DNA from: Phycisphaerae bacterium
Lineage (GTDB): Bacteria > Planctomycetota > Phycisphaerae > UBA1845 > Fen-1342
DNA length: 64,000 nucleotides
Direction of reading: 5' to 3'
NCBI GenBank assembly: GCA_963666925.2
Contig: CAXXTC010000007.1
Span: 64,001 to 128,000 of the forward strand
This document shows, piece after piece, positions 34,156 to 43,916 of the stretch; positions within the stretch are counted from its first letter, which is position 1, and the number at the start of each line of letters is the position of its first letter. Made by a program: the position numbers and the translations under genes. The notes under the pieces are model-generated. The model had not been told where the DNA came from, made no database searches, and saw only the letters and a program-made list of their open reading frames with translations.

Positions 34156-34464
34156 ATGGACCGCCTCGAACAATTGCGTAAGCTCGCCGCCGCCCAGCCG
34201 GACGATCCGCTCGCCCATTATGGCGTGGGCCTCGAATGTGCCGAGCGCGAGCTGTGGGAGGACGCGCTTCAGGCTTTCGCCCGGACGCTCGCCTGTGACA
34301 GCGAGTATTCCGCCGCGTTTTTGCAGCAGGCTCGCGCCGAGCTCAAGCTCGGCCGGCGTGACGCCGCCCGCTGCACAGTCGAAGCCGGCCTGTCGATCGC
34401 CACACGTCGCGGCGAAAGCCACACCGCCGACAAGCTGCGTGAATTGCTGGAGAGTCTCGCATGA
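34156..34464 (+). CDS. Small TPR protein
   Basis: PDDPLAHYGVG and YSAAFLQQARA TPR-like helices; overlaps the dapB start. Confidence 0.8.
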   Translation: MDRLEQLRKLAAAQPDDPLAHYGVGLECAERELWEDALQAFARTLACDSEYSAAFLQQARAELKLGRRDAARCTVEAGLSIATRRGESHTADKLRELLESLA

Positions 34465-35258
34465 CGCCGTTGCGCGTTGCCATCGTGGGTTGTACCGGGC
34501 GCATGGGGCGCGCTGTGTTACGGCTGGGCCAGGCCGCCGACGATATCCAGATCGTTTCCGCCGTCACGCAGCCGGGCGATCCGCTGCTCGGCCGCGATGC
34601 CGGCACCGTCGCCGGCCTGGAGCCGCTGAATCTGCCCATCACTGACCAGCTCGCGACCGGGTGCGACGTCATCATCGAGTTCACGCTACCCGCCGGCTGC
34701 GTCGCCTGTTGCGAATGGGCCGCCGGCCACGGCGTTCCGCTCGTCAGCGGAACCACCGGCCTGACCGAGCCTCAAGTACAGCAGCTCCGCTTCACCGCCG
34801 AGCGCATCCCGCTCGTCTGGGCACCCAACATGAGCGTCGGCATTAACCTCCTGCTTGGCCTGGTCAAGCAATTGGCTCATCGGCTCGACGATTCCTGGGA
34901 CATCGAGATCTGCGAGACACATCATCGCCGCAAGATCGACGCCCCCAGCGGCACCGCCCTCGCGCTGCTACGTGCCGTTGCTGATACCCGCCAGGTGAGC
35001 CCCGATGACGTCGCCCGTTTCGGTCGCCAGGGCGAGTGCGGTGCCCGCCCACCCGGAGAGGTCGGCGTACACGCGGTCCGTCTCGGCGCGCTTATCGGCG
35101 AGCACGAGGTCCATTTCGCATCTGAGACCGAACAGCTCACGCTGTGCCACCGCGCCCTCTCACGCGATACCTTCGCCGACGGCGCACTGCGTGCCGCCCG
35201 CTGGATTCGCGGCCGCGATCCAGGGCTATATGACATGCAGGCAGTGCTGTTCGGCTGA
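34461..35258 (+). CDS. dapB: 4-hydroxy-tetrahydrodipicolinate reductase
   Basis: GCTGRMG, SGTTG, APNMSVG and ETHHRRKIDAPSGTA motifs. Confidence 0.96.
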   Translation: MTPLRVAIVGCTGRMGRAVLRLGQAADDIQIVSAVTQPGDPLLGRDAGTVAGLEPLNLPITDQLATGCDVIIEFTLPAGCVACCEWAAGHGVPLVSGTTGLTEPQVQQLRFTAERIPLVWAPNMSVGINLLLGLVKQLAHRLDDSWDIEICETHHRRKIDAPSGTALALLRAVADTRQVSPDDVARFGRQGECGARPPGEVGVHAVRLGALIGEHEVHFASETEQLTLCHRALSRDTFADGALRAARWIRGRDPGLYDMQAVLFG

Positions 35259-35598
35259 CCTGTTGCACCGCTGTCTTGCCGCCGCTTATCGGTCGGTCGG
35301 TCGCCGACAGACCCCCACCCAGTTTCATCCATCAACTTGACAGAGCCCAGAATTCGCCCGCATGGGCGGCGGCTCGTGGCTGATTCTCGGCAGCGTCCGA
35401 TCGCGCTGGAACCCGTTCCGCCCCTTCCTGACCGCTGGTTAATCCGTGGGTCCGCCGGTCCGAAGTAACCAGCGGATCGGTTCGTCGCCCAGTTGCCCGC
35501 GGGGTCGCATGCTCTCATCAGCGGCCCGCGTAGCGGAGCGACCTCGTGGACAGGGCCGGCGTATGCTGGGCCTGTCCCGGCTGAACAAAGGAGAGTTC

Positions 35599-35901
35599 AT
35601 GCAAACACGCTACGCAGAACGGCGTCAACATATCCGGGTTCCGGTTCGTGGGCCGGTACGCTGGCGCTCGGGCGCCGACGCGGGCGCCTGCGAGCTGCGC
35701 GACATCTCACCTTGCGGCGCCGGCCTGCGCATGTCCCCCCGCTGCGCCGCGTGCCTGAACGACACGCTGACGCTCGAAGTGGACCTCACGCCGACCAGAA
35801 CCTGGCAGTTGGCACGTAATGCACGCGTGGTGCGACAAGTCCTTGAGGACGACGGCACCATCCTCGTCGGCGTCGAGTTCGCAGAGCCGCTACCACGCTG
35901 A
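35599..35901 (+). CDS. Stand-alone PilZ-domain protein
   Basis: ERRQHIR (RxxxR) and DISPCG (DxSxxG); AAGGAG SD. Confidence 0.85.
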   Translation: MQTRYAERRQHIRVPVRGPVRWRSGADAGACELRDISPCGAGLRMSPRCAACLNDTLTLEVDLTPTRTWQLARNARVVRQVLEDDGTILVGVEFAEPLPR

Positions 35902-36058
35902 CACACCTATCCCGACCAGAGTACATCCACGCTTGTAATGCAATCGCAAACTCAATAGTGATCGCTTTGTTCGTACGCCGACACACTTCCGGATGTCTAC
36001 ATCCTGTTGAACCGTGCGGCAGACGCCTACATCTGCGGATCAATCGTCCACCAGCTAA

Positions 36059-36128
36059 GTGGGGCGGGCGTCTCGCCCGCCAAACACGTTGAACGCGGGT
36101 GGCAAGTCGGCCGAGACGGCCGACCAAC
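36059..36128. repeat. REP family A copy paired with an inverted variant
   Basis: 36059-36081 is a perfect copy. The reverse complement of 36106-36128 is GTTG-GTCGGCCG-TCT-CGGCCGAC. Confidence 0.8.
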
Positions 36129-36318
36129 TTCGGTCGGGGCGCTGATTGTGTTAACTCGTCCAATCGCGTTTGGTTCTGCCCGCGGGCCCGCTACAATATT
36201 GAATTACAATGGTTTGGGCTGTGTCGGCTGACTGTCTGCGCTGCCCGTTTCCATAGACCCCGAGCCCATTGATCTGTCGCCTGGCGGCAGGAGCTGAACA
36301 AACAGCAAGGAGACTGTT

Positions 36319-37242
36319 ATGCATTTGCGCTATGCGCTGATTGGTTTGTCCGCAGTGAGTCTGCTTTGTGCCGGGATTGCCCAAGCTGATGATGATGCCG
36401 CCGCGCGCACTTATGCCGACGGCCGCACGCTGCTGGCCAACGGCGACTTCGCGGGCGCGCTCGACGCCTTCAAGGCCGCCGCCAAGGCCGATCCGAAAAA
36501 CGTTGAGTACTTCCAGGAGAGCGCGCTGCTCAGCCGCGTCATCAAGGTGCGCGAACAGTTCACCAAGGAAGAAAACCCGGAAGTCTGGCAGAAGATGGGC
36601 GCGGCCCTGTTCAACTATTACAAACAGTACAACGTCAAGAACGAAGCGCTGACGATGGCCGAGACGCTGCACAAGAAGCTGAACTCGCCGGATTCGGCCA
36701 CGCGTGTTGCCGATGCGCTCCTCGATCTCGACCGCGATCAGGACGCCAGCGATCTGTTGGCCAGGACGACCGGCGATCTGCCGGCGCGTGGCGTCGCGCT
36801 TCAGGGCATCGCCGCCGCCCGGCTCGAGCAGACGGAGGCCGCCCAGGATTGTGCCGGTCGGCTCCAGATTCCCGCCAAGGATGCTGACCCGGATCTGTGC
36901 TTCGATGCCGCCCGGCTGTACACGTTGCTGAACAAGCAGGACCAGGCGCTGAAGGCGCTGCAAACCTGCTTCGAGATGACGCCCGAACGCTTCCTCGACG
37001 TGATCAAAACCGACGCCAAGGACAACGAGGACCTCAAACCGCTCGCCAGCAACGCCGGCTTCGCCAAGGTCATGGAAACCAAGTCCAAGATCCAGGGCTG
37101 TGGCCACTGTAGCAGCAAGTCCGGCTGCGGCGGCTGCTCCTCCAAGAGCAAGTCAAGTTGCAGCGATAAGTCCAAGAAGGAAGACTGCTCCGACCACAAG
37201 CACAGCGACGACAACGAACATACCGGCGATCACAAGCACTAG
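36319..37242 (+). CDS. Secreted TPR-like protein with Cys/His-rich tail
   Basis: Signal peptide, helical repeats, tail GCGHCSSKSGCGGC...HKHSDDNEHTGDHKH; AAGGAG SD. Confidence 0.8.
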   Translation: MHLRYALIGLSAVSLLCAGIAQADDDAAARTYADGRTLLANGDFAGALDAFKAAAKADPKNVEYFQESALLSRVIKVREQFTKEENPEVWQKMGAALFNYYKQYNVKNEALTMAETLHKKLNSPDSATRVADALLDLDRDQDASDLLARTTGDLPARGVALQGIAAARLEQTEAAQDCAGRLQIPAKDADPDLCFDAARLYTLLNKQDQALKALQTCFEMTPERFLDVIKTDAKDNEDLKPLASNAGFAKVMETKSKIQGCGHCSSKSGCGGCSSKSKSSCSDKSKKEDCSDHKHSDDNEHTGDHKH

Positions 37243-37362
37243 AGCAAGCTCTACTTACTTGTAGCGGCCTCCCTGCCGTATTCTCCAGGACACTTAGAGT
37301 TTAGACGCTACGAGTTCGTTGAAAGTACTCTAGACCGCCGACCACAAAACATCGATTCCCAT

Positions 37363-37505
37363 GTGGCACGGGCAGGTTCGCCAAGGGCGGGCCTGCCCGT
37401 GTTGCTACGCAGCCCAGGATGGGGAAATTGAAGTGTGGCACAGGCTTAATAGCCTGTGGCCGAGGTGCCACCGCTTCGAAAGCAGCGTCCAGAGCCTTTG
37501 TGCCA
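37363..37505 (+). repeat. Cluster of REP-like hairpins (BIME-like) at the IS insertion site
   Basis: GTGGCACGGGCAGG...CCTGCCCGTG (37363-37401) and GTGGCACAGGCTTAATAGCCTGTGGCCGAGGTGCCAC (37435-37471, nearly identical to 63111-63146). Confidence 0.75.
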
Positions 37506-37529
37506 TCTATGAGCGAGCCAAAGTCAAGC

Positions 37530-37774
37530 GGGTTTTCGACGGGGTCTTTCCAACCATCTATTCGGCGTCGTCGCAGGGACACGCCACTCAACGATTTCGG
37601 GGGCGGCCTCAGTCACTGCTACGATGGTAACGCGCCGGTTCCAACTGGCCCCCGCCGGTTGACGCCTCATGGCACATCCGCGAGGTCCGCCCGATTCGAC
37701 CCGCTCGAAGTTTCGTCCCGCCCATAGCGGTACACTCACCTCCTGGTGCTCTCCGGAGGGGAAAGAACGGACTC
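37530..37774 (-). ncRNA. Putative bridge/seek RNA of the IS110 element (ends approximate)
   Basis: An internal loop carries TGTGCCA and AGCAGTG (target halves). A second loop carries ATAGATG (donor junction half). Confidence 0.72.
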
Positions 37775-38818
37775 CTATGCTACGCTCGGCGTCGGTTCCG
37801 TGACCACCTCCGCTTCACGCCACACTTCTCCGCTGCGCAGCATTGCCGCCGACACGCACGCCAGGTGCCGGGCTAACGCCACCAGCGCAATCTTGTTCCG
37901 CTCCGGATCACCACGCTGCACATGTTCGTAAACCGCCCGCAGCAGCGGACTGCGTCCCTTGCCCTGCCAAGCTGCCTCGCACAGCAATTGCCGCACGACA
38001 CTGGGACCTTCCCGGGTGATATGCCCAAGCCGATTCGTCTGCCCACTCTGGTCCTGGCACGGCACCAGCCCGAAGTAGCAGCCCACCTGCCGATTGCTCC
38101 GAAAACGCCGGACATCGTCGATCCACGCCACCAGCGCCTCGGCCGTACGCTTCCCAACGCCCGGGATGGTCTGTAACAAACGCACCCTGGGATGCTCACG
38201 GGCCATGCTCTCCAACCACCGCTCCACCGTACGCAGCCGCGCGTCCAGATGCTCCAACTCGTCCAGGCCCAGATCCCGTTCGAGCGCCGTCGTACGCGTT
38301 GGAAACTCCACCTCCGCCAGCCAGACGCGGCCGGCCCGGCTCCACAAACTGGCGCGGCGTGGTGCCGCCACGCCGTGCGCCCGCAACAGGGCCCGCAGCC
38401 GGTTCTTCACCGCCGTCCGCTGGGCCACCAGCCGCCTCCGGAACTGAATCAGCCGCCGCCAACTGCGGACGTCCACGGGCGGCACATGCACCGGCGGCAC
38501 CTGGTCCAGGAATAGCAAGGTAGCCAGCTTCCGGGCGTCGACCCGATCGTGCTTACGTTTGGCCCGGAAGATCAGTCGCACTGCCCCCGGATGAGCCACG
38601 ACGATCCGCTGCGCCACCTGCTGCAGTTGTTCGTAGACGTAACCGTAGCCGCACGACGCCTCGTAGCAGATCTGGAAGGGCGGCGACACACTACGCAGTT
38701 GTTTCACCAGTTCCTTGACTCCGCCCCGAATCTGCTGTTGCTTGACGAGTTTCCCGGCTGAATCCAAAATGCAGATGGTCGACTGACGCTGATGTAGATC
38801 TAGTCCAATCGTGTACAT
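37775..38818 (-). CDS. IS110-family DEDD transposase/recombinase
   Basis: IGLDLH, CYEAS and KHDRVDA (DEDD); TIPGVG and YFGLVP..QSG (catalytic Ser); AAGGAGG SD. Confidence 0.95.
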   Translation of the reverse strand: MYTIGLDLHQRQSTICILDSAGKLVKQQQIRGGVKELVKQLRSVSPPFQICYEASCGYGYVYEQLQQVAQRIVVAHPGAVRLIFRAKRKHDRVDARKLATLLFLDQVPPVHVPPVDVRSWRRLIQFRRRLVAQRTAVKNRLRALLRAHGVAAPRRASLWSRAGRVWLAEVEFPTRTTALERDLGLDELEHLDARLRTVERWLESMAREHPRVRLLQTIPGVGKRTAEALVAWIDDVRRFRSNRQVGCYFGLVPCQDQSGQTNRLGHITREGPSVVRQLLCEAAWQGKGRSPLLRAVYEHVQRGDPERNKIALVALARHLACVSAAMLRSGEVWREAEVVTEPTPSVA

Positions 38819-38927
38819 GCGGGCCTCCTTTCTTTGAAGTTCCAACGGGGTCATACCCCGAAGGAGGCTCGCTTCATAGTTTCACTGCTCTTGAGCAGTG
38901 CATCCCGCAGTGGTGCTGCGGCGTTTA

Positions 38928-41601
38928 TCAGCCGCGCGGGCTGGAGGCCGCCGACTGCTCTTGCGCTGGTTCAGTCGGTGTGCCTTTTTCAAACGCGTAT
39001 CCATCGCCGCCGACGTCCACCTTTACGTGATCACCCGGGCCGAACTCGCCCGCCAGGATGCGTCGCGCTAGCGGGTTTTCGACCTGTTGCTGGATCAGCC
39101 GCTTCAGCGGACGGGCACCGTACAGCGGATCGTACCCGTCCTGCGCGAGCTGGTTCTTGGCCGCGTCGCTCAGCGTTAGCGTCATCTCGCGCTCAACCAG
39201 CCGCTGCTTCAGCAGCGCCACCTGTCGTTCGACGATGCCGCGAAGTTGCTCGCGCGACAGCCGATGAAACACCACCACCTCGTCGATCCGGTTGATGAAC
39301 TCGGGCCGGAAGTGTTTTTTCAGCTCTTCCTTCACCCGGCTTTCTATTTCGACGTCGATCAGCAACGCGTCGCCATCCGCATCGGCGTGTTGCTCGGCCT
39401 CACCCAAGGCCTGGATCTGCTCGCTGCCGATGTTGCTGGTCATCGCGATGATGGTATTGCGGAAATCGACCGTTCGGCCGTGGCCGTCGGTCAGCCGGCC
39501 GTCATCGAGCACTTGCAGCAGCACGTTGAACACGTCGCGATGGGCCTTTTCGATTTCGTCCAGCAATATCACGCAATATGGCCGGCGATGCACCGCCTCG
39601 GTCAGCCGGCCACCCTCTTCATAACCGACGTATCCGGGCGGCGCGCCGATCAGCCGGGCCACGGAGTGCTGCTCCATGAACTCGCTCATGTCGATGCGTA
39701 CAAACGCGGCCTCGTCGTCGAACAGAAACTCCGCCAGCGCTTTGCACAGTTCGGTCTTGCCCACGCCGGTCGGACCCAGGAACAGAAACGAGCCAATCGG
39801 CCGGTGTGGATCGCCCAAACCAGCCCGGCTGCGGCGCACCGCGTCGGAGACGGCCTGCACCGCCTCGTCCTGGCCGACGACGCGCTCGTGCAGCCGCCGT
39901 TCCATCTCCACCAGCTTCTGTTTCTCACCCTCGAGCAGCCGTGAAACCGGCACGCCGGTCCATTTGCTGACCACCTGCGCGATCTCCTCGGCCGTCACTT
40001 CCTCATGCAACATGCCCCGGCCGGATTCATGCAGTTCGGTCAGCTCGCGCTCGCGTCGGCCCAACTCTTCCTCAAGCTGCGGCAGCTCGCCGTAACGCAT
40101 CCGCGCCGCCCCCTCCAAGTCGCCGCGCCGCTGCGCATCGTCGAGCTCAGTCTGCTTCGCGTCGATCCGCTCCTTCAACTCCTTGATCGTGTCGAGCGCC
40201 CGCCGCTCGTTCTCCCATTGCGCCGTCAGCGCGTCGTTCTGCTCCTTCAACTCGGCCAACGTCTTCTTCAGGCCCTCAAGCTGCTTGCGACTGGCCTCGT
40301 CCTTCTCTTTCTTCAGCGCCTCACGCTCGATTTCGAGCTGCATGATGCGCCGGCGCAATTCATCCAGCTCGGTCGGCAGTGAGTCGTTCTCGATCCGCAA
40401 GCGCGAGGCCGCTTCGTCGATCAGGTCGATCGCTTTGTCCGGCAAATGCCGATCGGTGATATATCGGCTCGACAACATCGCCGCCGCCACCAACGCCGCG
40501 TCCTGGATGCGCACGCCATGATGCGCGTCATACCGCGGCTTGAGCCCACGCAGGATCGCGATCGTGTCCTCGACCGTCGGCTCGCCGATGTAGATCGGCT
40601 GAAATCGGCGTTCGAGCGCTTTGTCCTTCTCGACGTGTTGGCGATATTCCTCCAGCGTGGTTGCGCCGATGCAGCGCAGCTCGCCGCGCGCCAGTGCCGG
40701 CTTCAGCAGATTGCCCGCGTCGACCGCACCTTCCGCCCGGCCTGCGCCGACCACCGTGTGCAGTTCGTCGATGAACAGGATCACCGCGCCGGCCGACTCG
40801 ACCACCGCGCGCACCACCGCCTTGAGCCGCTCTTCAAACTCGCCGCGATACTTCGCACCCGCAATCAGCGCCCCCATGTCGAGCGCGACGACCTTCTTGT
40901 CCTTCAGCGCCTGCGGCACGTCGCCGGCCAGGATGCGCTGCGCCAATCCCTCGACGACGGCCGTCTTGCCGACGCCCGCTTCGCCGATCAGCACCGGGTT
41001 GTTCTTCGTTCGCCGCGCGAGCACCTGCATACAGCGGCGAATCTCCTCGTCGCGCCCGATAACCGGGTCGAGCTTGCCCTGCCGGGCGGCCTCGACCAGG
41101 TCGCGGCCAAATCGTTTCAGCGGCTCGTACGTATCCTCCGAACTCTGCGACGTCACGCTCGCCCCGCCGCGGATTTCCTTGAGCGCCGCCAGTATGTCAT
41201 CACGGCTGATCGCGTTGAGCTTCAGCAGCTCGCGCGCGTCGCTCGGCACCTCGGTCAGCGCCAGCAGCAGATGCTCGCTGGACACGTACTGGTCCTTCAT
41301 CTGCTGCGCCTGTCTCTCGGCCGCGCTGAGGACCTCCGCTAAGCTGCGGTGTGCGCTGAGCGATCCGCCGCTCTGCTTGGGCAGTCGGCCCAGCTCGCTC
41401 TCGGTCATGGAGCGGATCTGCACAACGTTGGCACCGGTCTTCTCGAGAATCGGCACGACCACGCCGCCGCCGTCCCCCAGGGGCAAGCAGGGCCGCCAGC
41501 AGATGCAGCGGCGTGACTTCGGGGTTCCCCGCGTTCTGGGCATTCTGCTGGGCGCGTTGCAGCGCCTCGCCGGCCTTGATCGTGAATCTATCAGCATTCA
41601 T
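38928..41601 (-). CDS. clpB: Chaperone ClpB, frameshift near 41480
   Basis: The N-terminus MNADRFT...LHLLAALL is in one frame. [23 protein letters not shown], the coiled-coil M domain, GPTGVGKT and GARPLKR are in another. Confidence 0.95.
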
Positions 41602-41939
41602 GCACATACTCCCTTCAGGTCGGGCCGATCGGTGGCCCTTCCGAAGGGACTACATGCACGCCGCGTTCCGGGCGGGCGATCGCCGTAACATTCGTATTTG
41701 CAGCTTGTTACGGCCGTCGGGCTGTACACGGGCCCTGCCACAATGGCACCCCCGACAGCCGGTTGGCTGGTGATTCCCGAGGCAGCAGGGGGGCTACATC
41801 AATCGGTTGGCGGTGCCGAAGGGCGCACACCAATATCCTTCGACTGACCATCCCGGGTGAGCCGGCGTCACTGTCTCGCGGGCCGGCGGGTGATCCGTGC
41901 GTCCCGTGAGCGAAGATGTGGGTGTCAGTCGGGGCGGGG

Positions 41940-42032
41940 CTAGCCGCCGTACGCCACGTGCAGGTTCCACCCCACGAGCGCGCCCACGAACAACGCCAGA
42001 AGATTGGCCGTGATCCATGCGAAGATCGCCAT
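41940..42032 (-). CDS. Putative 30-aa hydrophobic small protein
   Basis: MAIFAWITANLLALFVGALVGWNLHVAYGG preceded by an AAGGGAG SD. Confidence 0.5.
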   Translation of the reverse strand: MAIFAWITANLLALFVGALVGWNLHVAYGG

Positions 42033-42241
42033 GAGTTTCTCCCTTGGCTGGTTGCCATGAACGAGTTGCGTGCCGATCCGGGATTTCGCGGACGGGCACG
42101 GCGTGAATTGTGGCCCGGGTCCACCCAACGTGGCCGGCGGCCACAGCACCTGCGGCGTATTGTCCCCCAGCCCGCCGCGGTATCAACCCCCATTTGCATT
42201 TCGGGGCAGAACATCTCGCTGGCCGCGCTACGCTTCGTCCG

Positions 42242-42877
42242 TCAAACGGGCAAGCACGCCGCCGTTGCTTTCTCCACCCGGGCCAGTTCATCGGCCAACT
42301 TGGTAAGAGATAGGCGATCTCCCAGGAACGTGAATGCACAGTTTCCGTTGACGATCTCAATGTTTCGCAGGTTCGTTGCCTGAGATGTCACGGTCTTGAT
42401 GCTTTGATTCAGGGGACGGCCAATACACACGTTGTTGTCGACCACCATGCCCCCCGATGAGTTCGCGACGTGCTTGTCAAGACGCTCGTCGAAATGCTCC
42501 AGGTGATTCCGGAATTTCCTGTCGCGTAGGCACGTCAGTTGGTTCAGATTCAACCTCTGTTTGTCCAGCTGTTCCTGCAATGAACTCCGCGCCTGCTGAG
42601 CGCGATTCGGTTGACCCGCAGGCGCGTTTACGGTTTTCGATCCAGTCGCTCCTGACGACAGCCCAAGGAGTTTGGAGGCATTACCCGCGCATACCAGCAT
42701 CCAGTGCGCCTGTTTGTGCACGGCCTCGGCGCTGCCAGATTTGTCCTCCATCAGCTTGATGATGGCCTGGTAGGCTTCAACGGCCCAACAGCACTGGGTG
42801 TGCAATTCTCTGCAGTAGACGTACGTCATGGCTTCGGTCTCAGCTTGATTCTCAACCCATCCAGGCACCGATGTCAT
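42242..42877 (-). CDS. Hypothetical protein with HEPN-like RxxxxH motif
   Basis: RNHLEHFDERLD; lower GC; immediately downstream of lexA. Confidence 0.65.
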   Translation of the reverse strand: MTSVPGWVENQAETEAMTYVYCRELHTQCCWAVEAYQAIIKLMEDKSGSAEAVHKQAHWMLVCAGNASKLLGLSSGATGSKTVNAPAGQPNRAQQARSSLQEQLDKQRLNLNQLTCLRDRKFRNHLEHFDERLDKHVANSSGGMVVDNNVCIGRPLNQSIKTVTSQATNLRNIEIVNGNCAFTFLGDRLSLTKLADELARVEKATAACLPV

Positions 42878-42894
42878 CGCCGCCCCAGAACCTC

Positions 42895-43524
42895 CTAGAA
42901 CCGCCGAATCACGCCTACCACCACGCCCTGGACCCGCACGTCTTTGACTTTGATCGGCTCGTAGGCCGGATTTGCCGGCTGGAGGCGGATGCCGTCGCGC
43001 TCGCGGTAGAAGCGTTTTAGCGTCGCGTCGCCCTCGTCCAGCAGCGCCACGACCGTTTCGCCGTCGCGGGCCGTGTCGCGTTTCTCAACGACTACGTAAT
43101 CCCCGTCGCGAATGCTGTCGTCGATCATGCTGTCGCCGCGGACCTTGAGCACGAACGTTTCGTGCGGCGTGACGAACATATCCTCGAGATCGATGACCTC
43201 GCGATCCTCGAGCGCCTCAATAGGCTGACCGGCGGCAATGGTGCCGACCAGCGGGAGACAGGTGGATTTTTCGTCGGGAAAATCGATATTGGCACTAAGT
43301 CGCAAAGAGCGTGCCTTGTGTCGGGAGCGCTTGAGGAACCCTTTCTTCTGGAGGGCGGCGATGTGTTCGAACACCGTGACCTTGCTTACGCCGAACTCGT
43401 CCGCCAACTCCTGCATGGTGGGGGCGTAGCCCCGGGCGTGCGTGAAGTCCCGGATGAACGTGAGCACGCGGAGCTGTTTCGGGGTGAGCGCTCGCTGGGG
43501 TCGGCTCGCAGATCGTCGAGGCAT
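42895..43524 (-). CDS. lexA: SOS repressor LexA
   Basis: LTPKQ...GYAPTMQEL wHTH, IAAG cleavage site, GDSM (Ser) and TLKR (Lys); GGAGGA SD. Confidence 0.95.
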   Translation of the reverse strand: MPRRSASRPQRALTPKQLRVLTFIRDFTHARGYAPTMQELADEFGVSKVTVFEHIAALQKKGFLKRSRHKARSLRLSANIDFPDEKSTCLPLVGTIAAGQPIEALEDREVIDLEDMFVTPHETFVLKVRGDSMIDDSIRDGDYVVVEKRDTARDGETVVALLDEGDATLKRFYRERDGIRLQPANPAYEPIKVKDVRVQGVVVGVIRRF

Positions 43525-43887
43525 CGTATTCCTCCGCCAAATAGGCACTGAGCGATCCGAAGATCACCGGGGGCAGAGGGCGATGTTCGTCGGCAGCAGC
43601 CCAGACGCGCCGATCGGAGGGGGCCTCCGCGACACGCTCCACAACCGGATCGCAACCCAACTGGCGAGCCATCCGCGCTCGCAAATCGGACACCTGCTCA
43701 GAGTTCAACGGAGCCGACTCCAGATCTAACAAACCCGGACCCGTTTCGTGAACCTCCCGGCAGTAATCACCGCCAGGACCTGTCAGGCAGAGCATGCTTC
43801 CCGGCCGAGGTCTTGTGGACACCACGCACTCCTTTGCGTTGCCAACTCCACCGCACCTGCACCCGTGTTCGCAGGTTATTCGCCCAA

Positions 43888-43916
43888 ATAATAACCTAAC
43901 TTTGGGCGTTTGTCAA
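43888..43916 (-). promoter_or_regulatory. Near-consensus sigma70 promoter of the lexA transcription unit
   Basis: TTGACA (43916-43911)-N17-TATTAT (43893-43888). Confidence 0.8.

Larger units (their letters stand above)
37506..38882 (-). mobile_element. Complete IS110-family element (IS1111-like organisation)
   Basis: CA core on both flanks (37504-37505, 38883-38884). Inverted repeats CTATGA(A)GCGAGCC at 37507-37519 and 38866-38879. Short 5' end and about 270-bp 3' non-coding end. Removing the element restores GTGCCACTGCTCTTGAGCAGTGC. Confidence 0.88.
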
